A DNA stretch of 56,057 nt. Source: Heterodontus francisci. Lineage: Eukaryota. The translations under genes and the position numbers were made by a program. Below the pieces are notes generated by a model. It saw only the letters and a program-made list of their open reading frames with translations. It did no database searches and had not been told where the DNA came from. The DNA is taken from assembly GCF_036365525.1 (NCBI RefSeq), contig NC_090384.1, positions 56,673,838 through 56,729,894 of the forward strand, in the 5' to 3' direction. Shown here piece by piece: positions 12,065 through 23,889 of this stretch. Position 1 is the stretch's first letter. Every line of letters begins with the position of its first letter.

Positions 12065-12262
12065 AGGAAGACTGAAGCTATCACCCTCATCCTCTGGCAG
12101 TATTGGACTCTATCCATCCCTTTTCCTGGCCACTTTTTCCAGTATGAGTAAGACTGTAAGCAACTTTGCCATCCTGTTTGACCCTGAGCTGAGCTTCCAG
12201 CTCATACACTGTCCATCCCAGCCTACTTCCATCTTTGTAATGTCGCCTGCCCCGACCACAGT
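12065..12262 (+). mobile_element. L2 LINE fragment; appears to continue at about 12790-12825, 13138-13572 and 14513-14630
   Basis: aagactgaagctatc...aactttgccatcctgtttgaccctgagctgagcttc (L2 RT: KTEA...NLG..FDPELSF-like). Confidence 0.7.
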
Positions 12263-12264
12263 CA

Positions 12265-12780
12265 AGCAAAAACAACAGCAACAGCTTACTTTTATATAGC
12301 TCCTATAACATAGTAAAACATCCCAAGGCACTTTAGAGGAGCATTAACCAACACCTTGATATTAGGACAGGTGACCAAAAGCTTGGTCAAAGAAGCAAGT
12401 TTTAAGGAGTACCTTAAAGGAGGAGAATGAGATAGACAGGCTGAGAGGTATAGGGATGGAATTCCAGAGTTTAGGGTCTAGGCAGTTGAGACATGGGGGA
12501 ACCAGTAGAAATAATTGATGCACAAAAAGCAAAGAGATCTCAGATGGTTGTAGTCCTGGAGGGCATTACAGAGCTAGGGAAGGACAAGGCCCTGGAGGGA
12601 TTTGAAAGCCAGTATGAGAATTTTAAAATCGAGCCGTGGCTGGACCAGGAGCTAATATAGGTCAGCAAGTACAGGGGTAATGGGTGAATGGGATTTGGCA
12701 CAAGTTAGGACATAGGCAGCAGTGTTTTGGTTGGCCTAAAATTTACTGAGGGTGCAAGATGGGATGCCAGCTAATGGATG
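12265..12780 (-). mobile_element. L2 LINE 3' end
   Basis: aacaacagc...tatatagctcct...aaaacatcccaaggcacttt; attaggacaggtgaccaaaagcttggtcaaaga, the reverse complement of the L2 tail also seen at 38600-38750. Confidence 0.85.
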
Positions 12781-12825
12781 CCACTGACCTAATGTATGTT
12801 TTCGCCTCCTCCAGATTTTATTCAA

Positions 12826-13137
12826 GGCGGTGCAGTGGTTGGCACGTAGTGACCCGGGTTCAGTTCTGGGTACTGCCTGTGCGGAGTTTTTAAGTTCTCC
12901 CTGTGACTGCATGGGTTTCCTCCCATATGCCAAAGACTTGCGGGTTGATAGGTAAATTGGCCATTGTAAAAATTGCCCCTAGTGTAGGTAGGTGGTAGGA
13001 GAATTGAGGGAAGGTGGGGATGAGAGGGGGAAAATGGGATTCATGTAGGATTAGTATAAATGGGTGGTTGATGGTCGGCGCAGACTCATTGGGCTGAAGG
13101 GCCTGTTTCGGTGCTGTATTCTCTGTGACTCTATGAC
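12826..13137 (+). mobile_element. HE1 V-SINE with internal deletions
   Basis: Colinear with the reverse complement of 54250-54599; tRNA-like head, V-domain (gtttcctccca...ccaaagac), CR1-like tail gggctgaagggcctgtttcggtgctgta. Confidence 0.9.
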
Positions 13138-13572
13138 AATGTTCTCATGCCCATCCTCCCATCCTCCACTCTGCAGAAAGTTTATTTTGTCTGAATCTCA
13201 ATTGCCCAAATCCTATTCTGTACCAATTCCTGCTTACCATCAGCCCTGTCCTAACTGACCAACGTCGGTTCCTGTTCACTGATATTTCAACTTAGAAATT
13301 TTTATCCTGGTGTTTGAATCACTCAGTGGTGTGAACCTTACCATCACTGTGAAATTGTCCATTACTACCACCTATCCCTCAAAATTATTCTTCTGTCACA
13401 AACCTCTTTTGCATCCCCTCTCCCTTCACCCCACCATTGGCAGATGCATCTTCAGCTATCTAAGCATGGAACTCTGGAATTTCTGCCCTAAACCCATCTG
13501 TCTCTTCACTGCTTTCTTTTCCTTTAAGACCATCCTAAAATCCATCTCTATGCTCAAATTTTTTTTCAACCC
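13138..13572 (+). mobile_element. L2 LINE 3' region, split by an LTR
   Basis: Similar to 38265-38640 (ccatcagccctgtcctaactgacc...ccaccattggcagatgcatcttcagc...ctctggaat). Confidence 0.75.
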
Positions 13573-14512
13573 TGTTACAGCCAGATGAGGAGCGGTCACA
13601 AGGCTCCCATCTTGTGCTTCCTCTTATTTGACCGCAACAGAGTTCATTCTTTTTTAAACAGTGGATGTGCTTACTACTTCAGTGAGTATTTTACCTTTTA
13701 CCTGATTGGTTCTTTTATGATTGCCAATCAGACAGGTTTTCTTGAGTTTAAACTAGAAAGAGGTGAGTTTATTATACTTAAGGCAAACCCAATCTAAATA
13801 AAGTAATAAAATATGCAACACATTCACGCACACACTCATGAGTGCATTGCCTTCCAGCTGAAGTTGTGTTCTTGATGTCCTTGGCTGGTAAATGTGCAGT
13901 TTGTGGCTGGCCCACCTTGTTCCGTCTTTTCTTGTAGGCAGAATTATAGGTGGCTTTCTTCCCCTGGCGACTTTGTCTTGGATCCAGCAACCAACAGGTA
14001 GGCTTTGTACGAGGTCTTCTGGCGAGAGACGGAGACACTTCTGCATAGAATCAGTCACTGGCTTGATTGACCTTGTCCAAGGGAAACTCCCAGCTTTCAT
14101 AGAGATGGACAGATAATCACATAACTGCCTCTGTATTCTCTGGAATCTTCTAGTAAGGTTCAAGGTTTGGAGTTTCCATCTCCTCAGGCCTCAGAATGCC
14201 AATATTTACACTTAAAGGGGTTTTCTCTTTCAAAGTCAATGTGTCAGGATGGCCTTGAATACCGTGCTCATGAAAGCAGTTTTAGATAATTCAATCACCA
14301 GAGCAAGCTGTTTTGGGTACAGGCTCATCAGGCGTGTGTCTCCTGTTGGAGGCCTTGGAATGTGCAAGTTTGAAAATGCAAATTGTAGAGGCTGTCTTAG
14401 CTGCTGGCTCTTTTTTTTAAAGGTAACTAAGATTTTTTTCATGAAAAGCTTCATGTAGGTTTCCAACCTATGAATTAAAATTCCTCATTTGGCATATTGT
14501 GTTTTCTTGACA
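13573..14512 (-). mobile_element. Solo LTR, 940 bp
   Basis: On the minus strand begins tgtcaagaaaa and ends ctgtaaca (TG...CA); both ends are homologous to 37447-38218; AATAAA about 210 bp from the 3' end; L2 resumes at 14513; TSD not clear. Confidence 0.75.
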
Positions 14513-14630
14513 CCTTCTAATATCTCGTCCTTTGGCTTGGCACATGGTTTTCAAAATGCTTCTATGATGCTTCCTGAAGACAGTTTTCTATCTTAAAAGA
14601 TGCTGTATACATGCAAGTTGCAGCTGTGGA
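14513..14630 (+). mobile_element. L2 LINE terminal tail
   Basis: ccttctaatatctc...tggcttggc...aagatgctgtatacatgcaagttg. Confidence 0.65.
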
Positions 14631-16704
14631 TGCACACATGCACCTTTGGCAGACACCATTGGAGAATAACTAGGACGGGGAACTAGGTGATTTTCTGTTT
14701 CCTGCTACAAGGTCAATGCATTACCTTAATTCCATTTTAGCTGAAATCAGCTAACTGATCACGCATCAACCCTCCCTGATTGGTGTGGAATCCCACTTAT
14801 TTAAGTACAGGACTCACAGATTTATGTGAAAGTGGCTCTTCCCTCTTCCTGTTACTGGTCATCGTCTGCGTGAAACTAAAGTTTAGTTAAAGACATGATG
14901 TCTTTTTTATATTTTAAATATTTAAATCTTTTAAATATTGCAGGATCGTTTAAGTAGTGAAAGTTACATGGTGCACATTGGATTTGTTATATTGTTTACA
15001 GGAAGTTGGGATGTTTAATTGTTTTGGTGCAATACTTCCGAAGTGAGCATTACTGTGTGCTTGTTTTTGTGCGGGACGTTCTGCTTTTGTTCCCAGTTGT
15101 GTTGGTTGAGGCAGGAGAGTTAATAGAAATTCCTGGAAGGGGCGTGTTCTGATGAGCTGATGCTATTTGCGTCTGATGACCTATCAGGGAGTGCACCTTT
15201 GTGGGAGTACGATTGCTTCAGTGAGTTTCATGTGAAAATGAATTGGTGGTTTCAAAACAAACTGGATTCGGAAGAGGGTGGTTTTAATGCTTCATTACCC
15301 TGTGAGTGGGGATTGAGTATCTTCTCTGTGTCGTACTCTCTGGTTCTTCGAGTCTGAAAGGTACACCTTTTTTTCGGCCCCTTTCTGTGGGTAATTTCAT
15401 ACAAAGTTTGTGTCCGATTACTGAGTTTTTGATTAACCTAACTTTTTTGCTTTGTTTCTGTTAAGATGATGCCGTTGGAGAGCCTATGTTTAACTTTTAG
15501 TTTTCACTTTATCACTTGTACTTAGTAACCGTTGTAGCCATTCACCAAGCTTACTTTGACAGCGTCTCCACTATGTAGGGCAGGAATGTGGGAACACTCC
15601 CATCTCCAAGTGCTTCAACGTAATGTGGATTTACACTACGGAGATGTAGATGGGCAGGCCTCCTGCAAGACCTGCACACTGTAGTGTAAACAAGTTTAAG
15701 CTTCAAGAGCTAACAGCATTGTAGACACATGAAAATGTAGGTCCACGATTCTGTGATCGCCTTAAAGTAAATCTGGGGATCCGCATCCGCAAATTTGGTC
15801 TGTGGGGTCTCTGTATTAATGACAGAGCTGAGCAAACAAATTGAAAGTAATTTCCGAAGTGGAATGTTAAAGGTGGAGAGCCATGCATGAAGGTTGTTCT
15901 TCGAAAGCTGTATCCTCAATCCAATAATTCATAACGGCATCTTTAACATGTACAAAATAAAGCTGGAAAATGCTCCACGGTAGATTTAATTCAGGAATTC
16001 TACAGTAGCACCTCAGTCTGATTTTCTAAATACTTTTGAATTTAAAAATAATCCTTAGGCCATTAGAATATTAAAGTTAAAGTCCAGGGATTTTTAGATA
16101 ACTGCTGAAAATATCGTTACTATATGAAATCTGGTTGTGTAAAGCTGCCTATTTACATCGCCATTGAATGTGTGTTAGTGCTGTGATTGGCTATCGATGT
16201 ATTATTAAAGCTCTGCTGCACCCTCTCTTTGAGTGCGACTGTTGGAATGCTTATTGTGTCCTTTACTAGCCTTTGAAGAAAGATTCAGCCACCACCAGTG
16301 TGACTGGCATACCTTGTTCAGGCTCTAGGAAACCTATTCTAGATCCTTTTTTAAGGAAAACAGTTTAAGGCCGCAAATGATTATTTGCAGTTCAGTGTAC
16401 AGAGAGTAGCACCGAACAAGCATCATGGGGGTCTTAATCAGAAACAGTGGTTTTACACTACCACCCTAGTTCAAGAGATAAAATGTCTGATCTATGTACA
16501 AACCTTTTCATTCAAAATGCAATTTGTTGCTTTTTTTTTAAAAAAAAGGGCTTAAACTAATACCTCTCCTCAGTTAGGCATTATTTGGCCCATTTCAGAG
16601 TCTAGCATAGAGTCTATGGCACAGAAACAGGCCATTTGGCCTGACTGGTCTATGATGGTGTTCATGCTGCCGTTCCTCTTCACCTAATCCTATCAGCATA
16701 AACT

Positions 16705-17258
16705 ACTCCCCCTTTCTTGGCTGCCTGTGGTGCATTATGGGTATATCCTGGCAGGACAACATCACAAATGCAGCAGTCCTCTCAAAGGCAGAGCTCCCAA
16801 GTGTGTAGGCACAAATCGAACAGAGGCAGCTTCGGTGGATCAGACACGTGCGCAGGATGGAAGATGGTTGCATACCCAAGGACCTTTTGTATGGTGAGGT
16901 AGCCAGGGCCAGATGACCAGTACAGTGACCAGTGGGGCACCCAAAGCTCTGCTTCAAGGGTGTTTGCAAGCATGACATGAAGGTGCAAAATGTCGACTGT
17001 TGCACTTGGGAATGACTAACAGGTGAAAGAAGGAAATGGCGACACATCCTGTGGACTGGTACGTGCTACCACAATTGCTACAGCAGCTTGGCAACAGGCA
17101 CCAACATCAAAAACAACAACTAACAACAGCACTTGTGGCAGAATCTACCTCTCGAGGATTGGCTTTCACAGACATTAAAGGTGAACCAGAGAAGACAGCC
17201 CACCTAACTGGATTATTTATGTGTTTATCATCTTTCGTAGATGGAAGGATGCCAACCT
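16705..17258 (+). mobile_element. RTE LINE 3' fragment (older, divergent)
   Basis: Translates to MGISWQDNITNAAVLSKAELPS...QLRWIRHVRRMEDGCIPKDLLYGE, homologous to the C-terminal part of the 5310..6878 ORF. Confidence 0.85.
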
Positions 17259-17611
17259 CTCCTTGTGGTTGTACGTTCCATATTGCTACCACTCTTTCGC
17301 TAGTGAAGGACACAATAAATATTCCAGCAATAATATTCAGTCTGTTTTAAGAACAAAAACAGACTCCTGTTCCTGAACTAATCACGATGTAGTACACAAC
17401 ACAGCAAAAACATCTGGGGTGCTTTGTCTGCCATATGCTGCAATCCTTTTCTCCAGATGTAAGGCAGATGCATCTTGCTCAGCTTTTCTCCATGAAGGAA
17501 CTTCTGAGGATTGGGTGTCTACCATGAGTGGATTAGTAGTAACCTGTCTTTTGCCATTAGTTGGCATAGGCATCCTGTGCCATTAGTGGCCACAGTTAGA
17601 TTGAATTTTTA

Positions 17612-19962
17612 AAAATTCTTTCATGGGATATGGCGTCGCTGGCTAGGCCAGCATTTATTGTCCATTCCTAACTTCCCTTGAGATGGTGGTGGTGAGCTGC
17701 TGACTTGAACTGCTGCAGTCCATGTGGGGTAGGTACACCCACAGTGCTGTTAGGAAGGGAGTTCCAGGATTTTGACCCAGCGACGGTGAAAGAACAGTGA
17801 TATAGTTCCAAGTCAGGATGGTGTGTGACTTGGAGGGGAACTTGCAGTTGGTGGCATTCTCATGTGTCTGCTGCACTTGTCCTTCTAGGTGGTAGAGGTG
17901 GCTGTTTGGAAGGTGCTGTCGAAGGAGCCTTGGTGAATTGCTGCAATGCATCTTGTAGATGGTATACATTGCTGCAACAGTGAATTGGAGGTGGAGTGAG
18001 TGAATGTTGAAGGTGGTGGATGAGATGCCAATCAAGTGGGCTGCTTTGTTCTGGATGGTGTCGAGCTTCCTGAGTGTTGTTGGAGCTGCACTCATCCAGG
18101 CAAGGGGAGAGTATTCCATCACACTCCTAACTTGTGCCTTGTCGATGGTAGACAGGCTTTGGGGAGTCAGGAGGTGAATTATTCACTGCAGAATTCCCAG
18201 CCTGTGACCTGCTCTTGTAGCCAAAGTACTTATATGGATAGTCCAGTTCAATTTCTGGTCAATAATAAACTACAGGATGTTGATAGGGGATTCAGTGATG
18301 TTAATGTCATTGAATGTCAGGGGACGATGGTTGGATTCTGTCTTGTTTGTGATGGTCATTGCCTGGCAATTATGTGGTGTGAATGTAACTTTCCACTTAT
18401 CAGCCCAGGCCTGAATGTTGTCCAGGTCTCGATTTCATATGGACACGGACTGCTTCAGTATCTGAGGAGTTGTGAATGGTGCTGAACATTGTGCAATCAT
18501 CAGCGAACATCCCTCACCACCCCACCCCCCCTGACCTTATGATGATGGGAAGGTCATTGATGAAGCAGCTGTGGATGTTTGGGCCTATTGGACACTATCC
18601 TGAGGAAGTCTTGCAGTGATGTCCTGGGACTGAAATGATTGACTTCCAACAAACGCAACCATCTTCCTTTGTGCCAGGTATGACTCCAACCAGTGGAGAG
18701 TTTTTCCCCGATTCTTATTGACTCCAGTTTTGCTCGGGCCCCTTGAAGCCATACACAGTCAAATGCTGCCTTGATGTCGAGGGCAGTCATTTTCACCTCA
18801 CCTCTGGAATTCAGCTCTTTTGTCCATGTTTGGATCAAGGCAGTAATGAGGTCAGGAGCTGAGTGGCCCTGGCGGAGCCCAAACTGAGCGCCAGTGAGCA
18901 GGTTATTGCTGATAGTGCCACTTGATAGCACTGTCGCTGATTCCTTCCATCACTTTGCTGATGATTGAGAGTAGACTGGGGTGGTAATTGGCTGGGTTGG
19001 ACTTGTCCTGCTTTTTGTATACAGCACATACTTGGGCAATTTTCCACATTGTCGTGTAGATGTAGCTGTACTGGAACAGCTTGGCTAGAGCCATGACCAG
19101 TTCTGGAGCATACGTCTTCAGTACTATTGCTGGAATGTTGTCAGGGCCTATTGCTTTGGCTGTATCCAGTACCTTCAGTCATTTCTTGATATCACGTGGA
19201 GTGAATTGAATTGGCTGAAGACTGGCATCTGTGATGCTGGAGACCTCAGGAGGAGGCCGATATGGATTATCCACTCGGCACTTCTGGCTGAAGATAGTTG
19301 CGAATGCTTCAGCCTTGTCTTTTGCACTGATGTGCTGGGCTCCCCCATCATTGAGGATGGGATATTTGTGGAGCCACCTCCTTCTGTCAGTTGTTTGATT
19401 GTCCACCACCATTCACGAATGGATGTGGCAGGACTGCAGAGCTTAGACCTGATCCGTTAGTTGTGGGATAACTTAGCCCTGTCTATCGCATGCTGTTCCT
19501 GCTGTTTGGCATACATGTAGTCCTGGGTTGTAGCTTCACCAGGTTGACACCTCATTTTGAGGTATGCCTGGTGCTGCTCCTGCTCTGTTGAACTAGGCTC
19601 GATTTCCCCGGCTTGATATAATGGTAAGGTGGGGGATATGCCAGGCCATGAGGTTGCAGATTGTGGTTGAATACACTTCTGCTGCTGCTGATGGCCCACA
19701 GCCCCTCATGGATGCCCAGTTTTACGTTGCGAGATCTGTTTGAAATCTATCCCATTTAGCACAGTGGTAGTGTCACGCAACACGATGATGGGTATCCTCA
19801 AGGAGGAGATTGGATTTCGTCTCCACGGGGACTGTGCGGTGGTCACTCCCACCTATACTGTCGAGGACAGGTGCATTTGTGAGGACAAGGTCAAGTAGGT
19901 TTTTCCTTCTTGTTGGCTCCCTCACCACCTGCCGCAGATGCAGTCCAGCAGCTATGTCCTTT
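17612..19962 (-). mobile_element. CR1-group LINE (family distinct from the canonical CR1s here), endonuclease end plus RT plus 3' tail, frameshifted
   Basis: ORF pieces QVVREPTRRKNLLDLVLTN; WKIAQVCAVYKKQDKSNPANYHP; QFGLRQGHSAPDLITAL...LDIKAAFDCVW; EYSPLAWMSAAPTTLRKLDTIQ. Confidence 0.9.
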
Positions 19963-20024
19963 AAATAATGTTTCATCCGAAAGACATCGATCTCGATTAA
20001 CATTGAATCCTAGATAGTGTAAGT

Positions 20025-20392
20025 GTAGTCTCGGTTCAGTGGTAGCAGGCTGCTGAGTCAGCAGGTTATGGGTTCAAGCCCCACTTCAGACACATGAGCA
20101 CATAACCTAGGCTGACAGTGCAGCAATCTCTCAGTACAATCAGAGGTGCTGTCTTTCGGATAAAACATTAAATAAAAGCCTCTTCTACTTCCTCAGGTGG
20201 AGATTAAAATATCCATTGTAGTATTAGAACAGTGGAGTACTTCAGGTGTCCTGGCAAATATTTATTCCTCAACCAACACTACAAAAGACAGATTATCTGG
20301 TCATTTGTCTCATAGCTGTTTGTAGGACCTTGCCGTGTGCAAATTGGCAGCTGCATTTCCTGACATTACAACAATGGCTGCACTTCAAAACC
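20025..20392 (+). mobile_element. Deu-domain SINE (SacSINE1/AmnSINE1-like)
   Basis: tRNA head with A box (ggttcagtggtagc) and B box (gggttcaagccc), then gaggtgctgtctttcggat...ggtgtcctggcaaatatttattcctcaacc...aaattggcagctgcatttcc. Confidence 0.8.
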
Positions 20393-20679
20393 TATGAAAT
20401 TATTAGAGATCAAGGTGCTGCAGAAAGACTTTTTTTTTAGTTGTTTCAGAACATTTATAAGAAAACATATATATCTGTGGTTTTTTGTGATTGGGAAACA
20501 CAGACTCCATTTGTTAAGAACAATTGATCCTTCGTTCCAGTACCTGAAGTTAATACCAGAACTGATGTTCCATCATAAAATAAATATCAATGAAGAAGGC
20601 AGTTTGGTCCTTTTTTTTTTAGTTCTTTTATCCATGAACACTAAATTCCATCCCCTCCCCCATGCCATCTAGTTTTGTT

Positions 20680-20860
20680 TCATTTAAAATGATTCCAGGC
20701 TTTTTGCTTCCATTACTGTATCTGGAAGTCCATTCCATGTATCGAATATTGTATAAAGAACTTCTTGACATCAGTGCTAAACTTGCTTCATGACTTTGAA
20801 TTTATATTCCCTTGTCTCTCAATTTAGCTTTGTGATATTTCAGATTTACCTTTTCCACAC
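20680..20860 (-). mobile_element. CR1 3' fragment, old
   Basis: gcttccattactgtatctggaagtccattccatg...aagaacttc...cccttgtc resembles CR1 3' ends elsewhere in the window. Confidence 0.5.
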
Positions 20861-20892
20861 CTTTCACAATTTGAGTAACATAAAAAGATCAC

Positions 20893-21586
20893 GGCCAGAA
20901 TTTTACGCTACCCCAAAGAGCTGGATGGTGGCGGAGGGTTGGTGTAAAATGGAGCAGGAGGCTCCGGGAGGCCTTCCCGACCCGCTCCCACCTCTGCCCC
21001 ACTTTACGTAGGGCAGGGGGTGTGAAAAACGGGCTGCTGTCCCAGGCCAATCAAGGCCCTTCAGTTGCCAATTAACGGCCACTTAAGGGCCTTCACCCGC
21101 CTCCACGCGGATTTTTACGCGTGGCAAATGGGCGTCCTGGAGCCAGGAAAGGCTGCCCGGGGAAAGCTGTCAACCTCTCCACGTCCCAGGGGTGGGCCCT
21201 GACAATCGGGCACAGGGTGCCTGTTTGAGGGCCGCTCCCGCTTCCCCAACCACCCCCAGGATCCAAGACTCCCTCCCTGCCACCCCACCCCCCCTCCAAA
21301 TGACCATCCTTGCCTCGCCGGGGCCAGACCGATGACCCCCGGTGAGGAAACCAAAACTTACCTGGACTCCTGGCTCCCGGTGGCGCTGCTGGGACGAAGA
21401 GTTGCCGGCCCGCTGATTGGCCGGCAGCTCAATGAGGCGGGACTTCCTCCCTCAAGCGGGTGGAAGTCCCGCCTCAGAACAATTAAAGCCTGGGGACTCG
21501 TAAAATGTGGTACAGAAGGCGGAAGCGGGTTCACCACCGACTTTTACGTCGGCCAACTCCCATCCGTCCAATGTAAAATCTAGCCC
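20893..21586. mobile_element. GC-rich non-autonomous PIF/Harbinger-type MITE (family A)
   Basis: TIRs ggccagaattttacg / tgtaaaatctagccc; 3-bp flanks cac/tac; homologous to 52849-53287. Confidence 0.8.
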
Positions 21587-23862
21587 TACATTTCGGTCTC
21601 CAACATTCAAGACAAAAGCCTGGGGTGTGTATCAGTTGCTGCTTGAGCAAGATAAGTCAGGCAGATTATGTTTCAAGTTGAGCTCGTGGCAGAGGAACAG
21701 CACATTTATCTTTGACTACATTCTAATAAAGTAAAATCACCACAATTTACGGATGACCTTGAGATTCCTTAAGCTTTTTGAATTTTTCCCCTAAGCCCTG
21801 TTCTTTCAAAATGGTGGTCTTTCTAACTCTACTCTGTGGTCAGTTCTGTTCTAGCCAGATGTTGTGGAAGGTAGGCTTTGTTTTTATGACATCACTCTTG
21901 TTTCACAGCCAGCTGCTGTATTGGCCAGAAAGTGGCTGTGTGAAATGCCAACCAGGAGAGCGAATAAGTGAAGTTACTGTGTAATGGCAGAGGTCTAATG
22001 ACTTCAGAGAAAAAAACGAATCCCCTCCTCATTATAGTACAATAGTATTTATAATGTTGTAATTGGGAGCCATGCAGAATGCTTCATGTAGTGAGGCACA
22101 AGTTATCAAGAGGGTGTTATATGGTTTCTCTATTAGCTAGCGTTTGTGGTAGATAAAAGAGTATTAATGAGAAGCTTAATGTCTTTAATTTTTTGATATT
22201 TTATATGCTATAATATAAGTTCTTGGAGTACTGGTAGTGACGTCTTTAGTTTCAATAAAGCATTCGAAATGTTGTGACAATAGATTGATGAGACACAGTG
22301 CACACATGCATCTGGAGTTATTATTCATGTCATGGTTTCCAAGACTGCAGTGAAATACATCAATGTATGTGATTCAAATCAGTTTTGATGTTTAAAAATG
22401 AGCATGCTATGAGTCATGTTGAATAGGCTCCTTTTAATTAAATGATGATTCTATCTGTTGTGGCAGTATGAGACTAATTATTGTAATCTGACTGAAGAAG
22501 TACAAGAACTTTCTCTTGAAAATGGCCAGAAAGGGTGTCACATCCGTGATCCAGTTGAGATTTCAAGATCAACATGCAAGTTTATGAGAAATGGAGGTGA
22601 ATGCTTGTTTTTGTGCTGGTCAAATTAATATGTATGGCTATGTTGCTGTAATTATATTCTGAAAGGTAAGTATCTAGTACTGGAATGCAAACGGCAATAT
22701 GATTACCATGCAGATCAGGTCAAAGTTACTTCTGTCTGGGAATCTGCTTTGTTTTATATTGTCAAATCAGCTGATAGAAGTATATGGCTGTCATTCGGAC
22801 TGTGCTATATGCTGTGCTCCAGCTTCATTTGATTATTTGTCACTGGGTTATTCAGTTCAATGCTGCAGTTTATTGAGTCAAGAATTTATAAATTGCACAA
22901 TTTAATTTACAAATGAGTAGTTTAGCTGCTTGTGTTGTTCCGAGCTATACAGACTTATAAGCCTTCCTAGCCTGTCCCTTCAGGAAATTGAGGAGGGTGG
23001 AGAACAGACAAGGGAAGAAATATGGGGAGGGGAGTATTAAATAAAGAAAATTAACTATTTGACATGAAAAGCAGGGTAGCCAATATTGTTTAGCTTCTGT
23101 CTGCTGTGTCATGCCACAAAAAGAACTTTCTATTTTTACTCTTTCCAGTTAGATGTATCTAAAATTGTTAACTGATGCTGTTGCAGACCACTTGTGTTCT
23201 GACTGTATTTGAATAAACCCGTTGATTTCGATGAGGAATTTTAGGTTCTTTATATCTAACGCAGTGCAGTCAGAAGAACTGAAACAGTCCTGTCATTTCA
23301 GAATCCTAAATTCATGGTTTGATTCTGAGCTAAATGCTCAGTTTTTATTTTTGCTCCCAGTCAAACAGTTGTACTGGATTATTTTAGTCATAGTTGTTTA
23401 AAATCCTTTTTGTATTGTTGCAAGTCTTCCCAAGCCTTCAATAAGACTCCAAGAACTGTAAACTGCATGTTTTCCTATTTTCAGTTTGTCACCACTGTTG
23501 CCAGTCATTCCCTGAAATGTGAAAAGAGGTTCCTTTGATAAATAATATAACTAAAATTAATAACCATGATACTGCAGATTATGATTTTTTAATGAAGAAA
23601 ATGCTGTTTTTCAGTTAAAATGTTTGCTAAATATGTGTCCTGTTGTTTGCCTTCATAATTGTATGAACATTATCATCTTGGTAATCAAATGGCTATTTAT
23701 AAGTTCTGACCTATTACAGTGAATATATCATTATTGTATCTATTCATAGACATAATTCCAACAAGAACATTTTTCTAAAAGTATTGATTTATCTTGAATT
23801 GAAGCTTAAATCAGATTAATTTCTGAATCCATTGTTGATATTTTATGAAGTGGTTTTCCTAG

Positions 23863-23889
23863 GTGAACTGGACCTGATAAATCCTACAG
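23863..23889 (+). CDS. Candidate 27-nt phase-1 microexon, (G)ELDLINPT(x); host gene unidentified
   Basis: ttttcctag|GTGAACTGGACCTGATAAATCCTACAG|gtgtgc; only one of three frames is open; TGCATG at 23909 and 24057. Confidence 0.3.

Noticed and set aside
15149-15240. Two CTGATGA motifs suggesting a hammerhead ribozyme or C/D snoRNA
   Set aside because: No stem II closed by GAAA and no terminal stem with a properly spaced D box
22660-22672. Strong donor-like AAG|GTAAGT
   Set aside because: No convincing upstream acceptor or open exon
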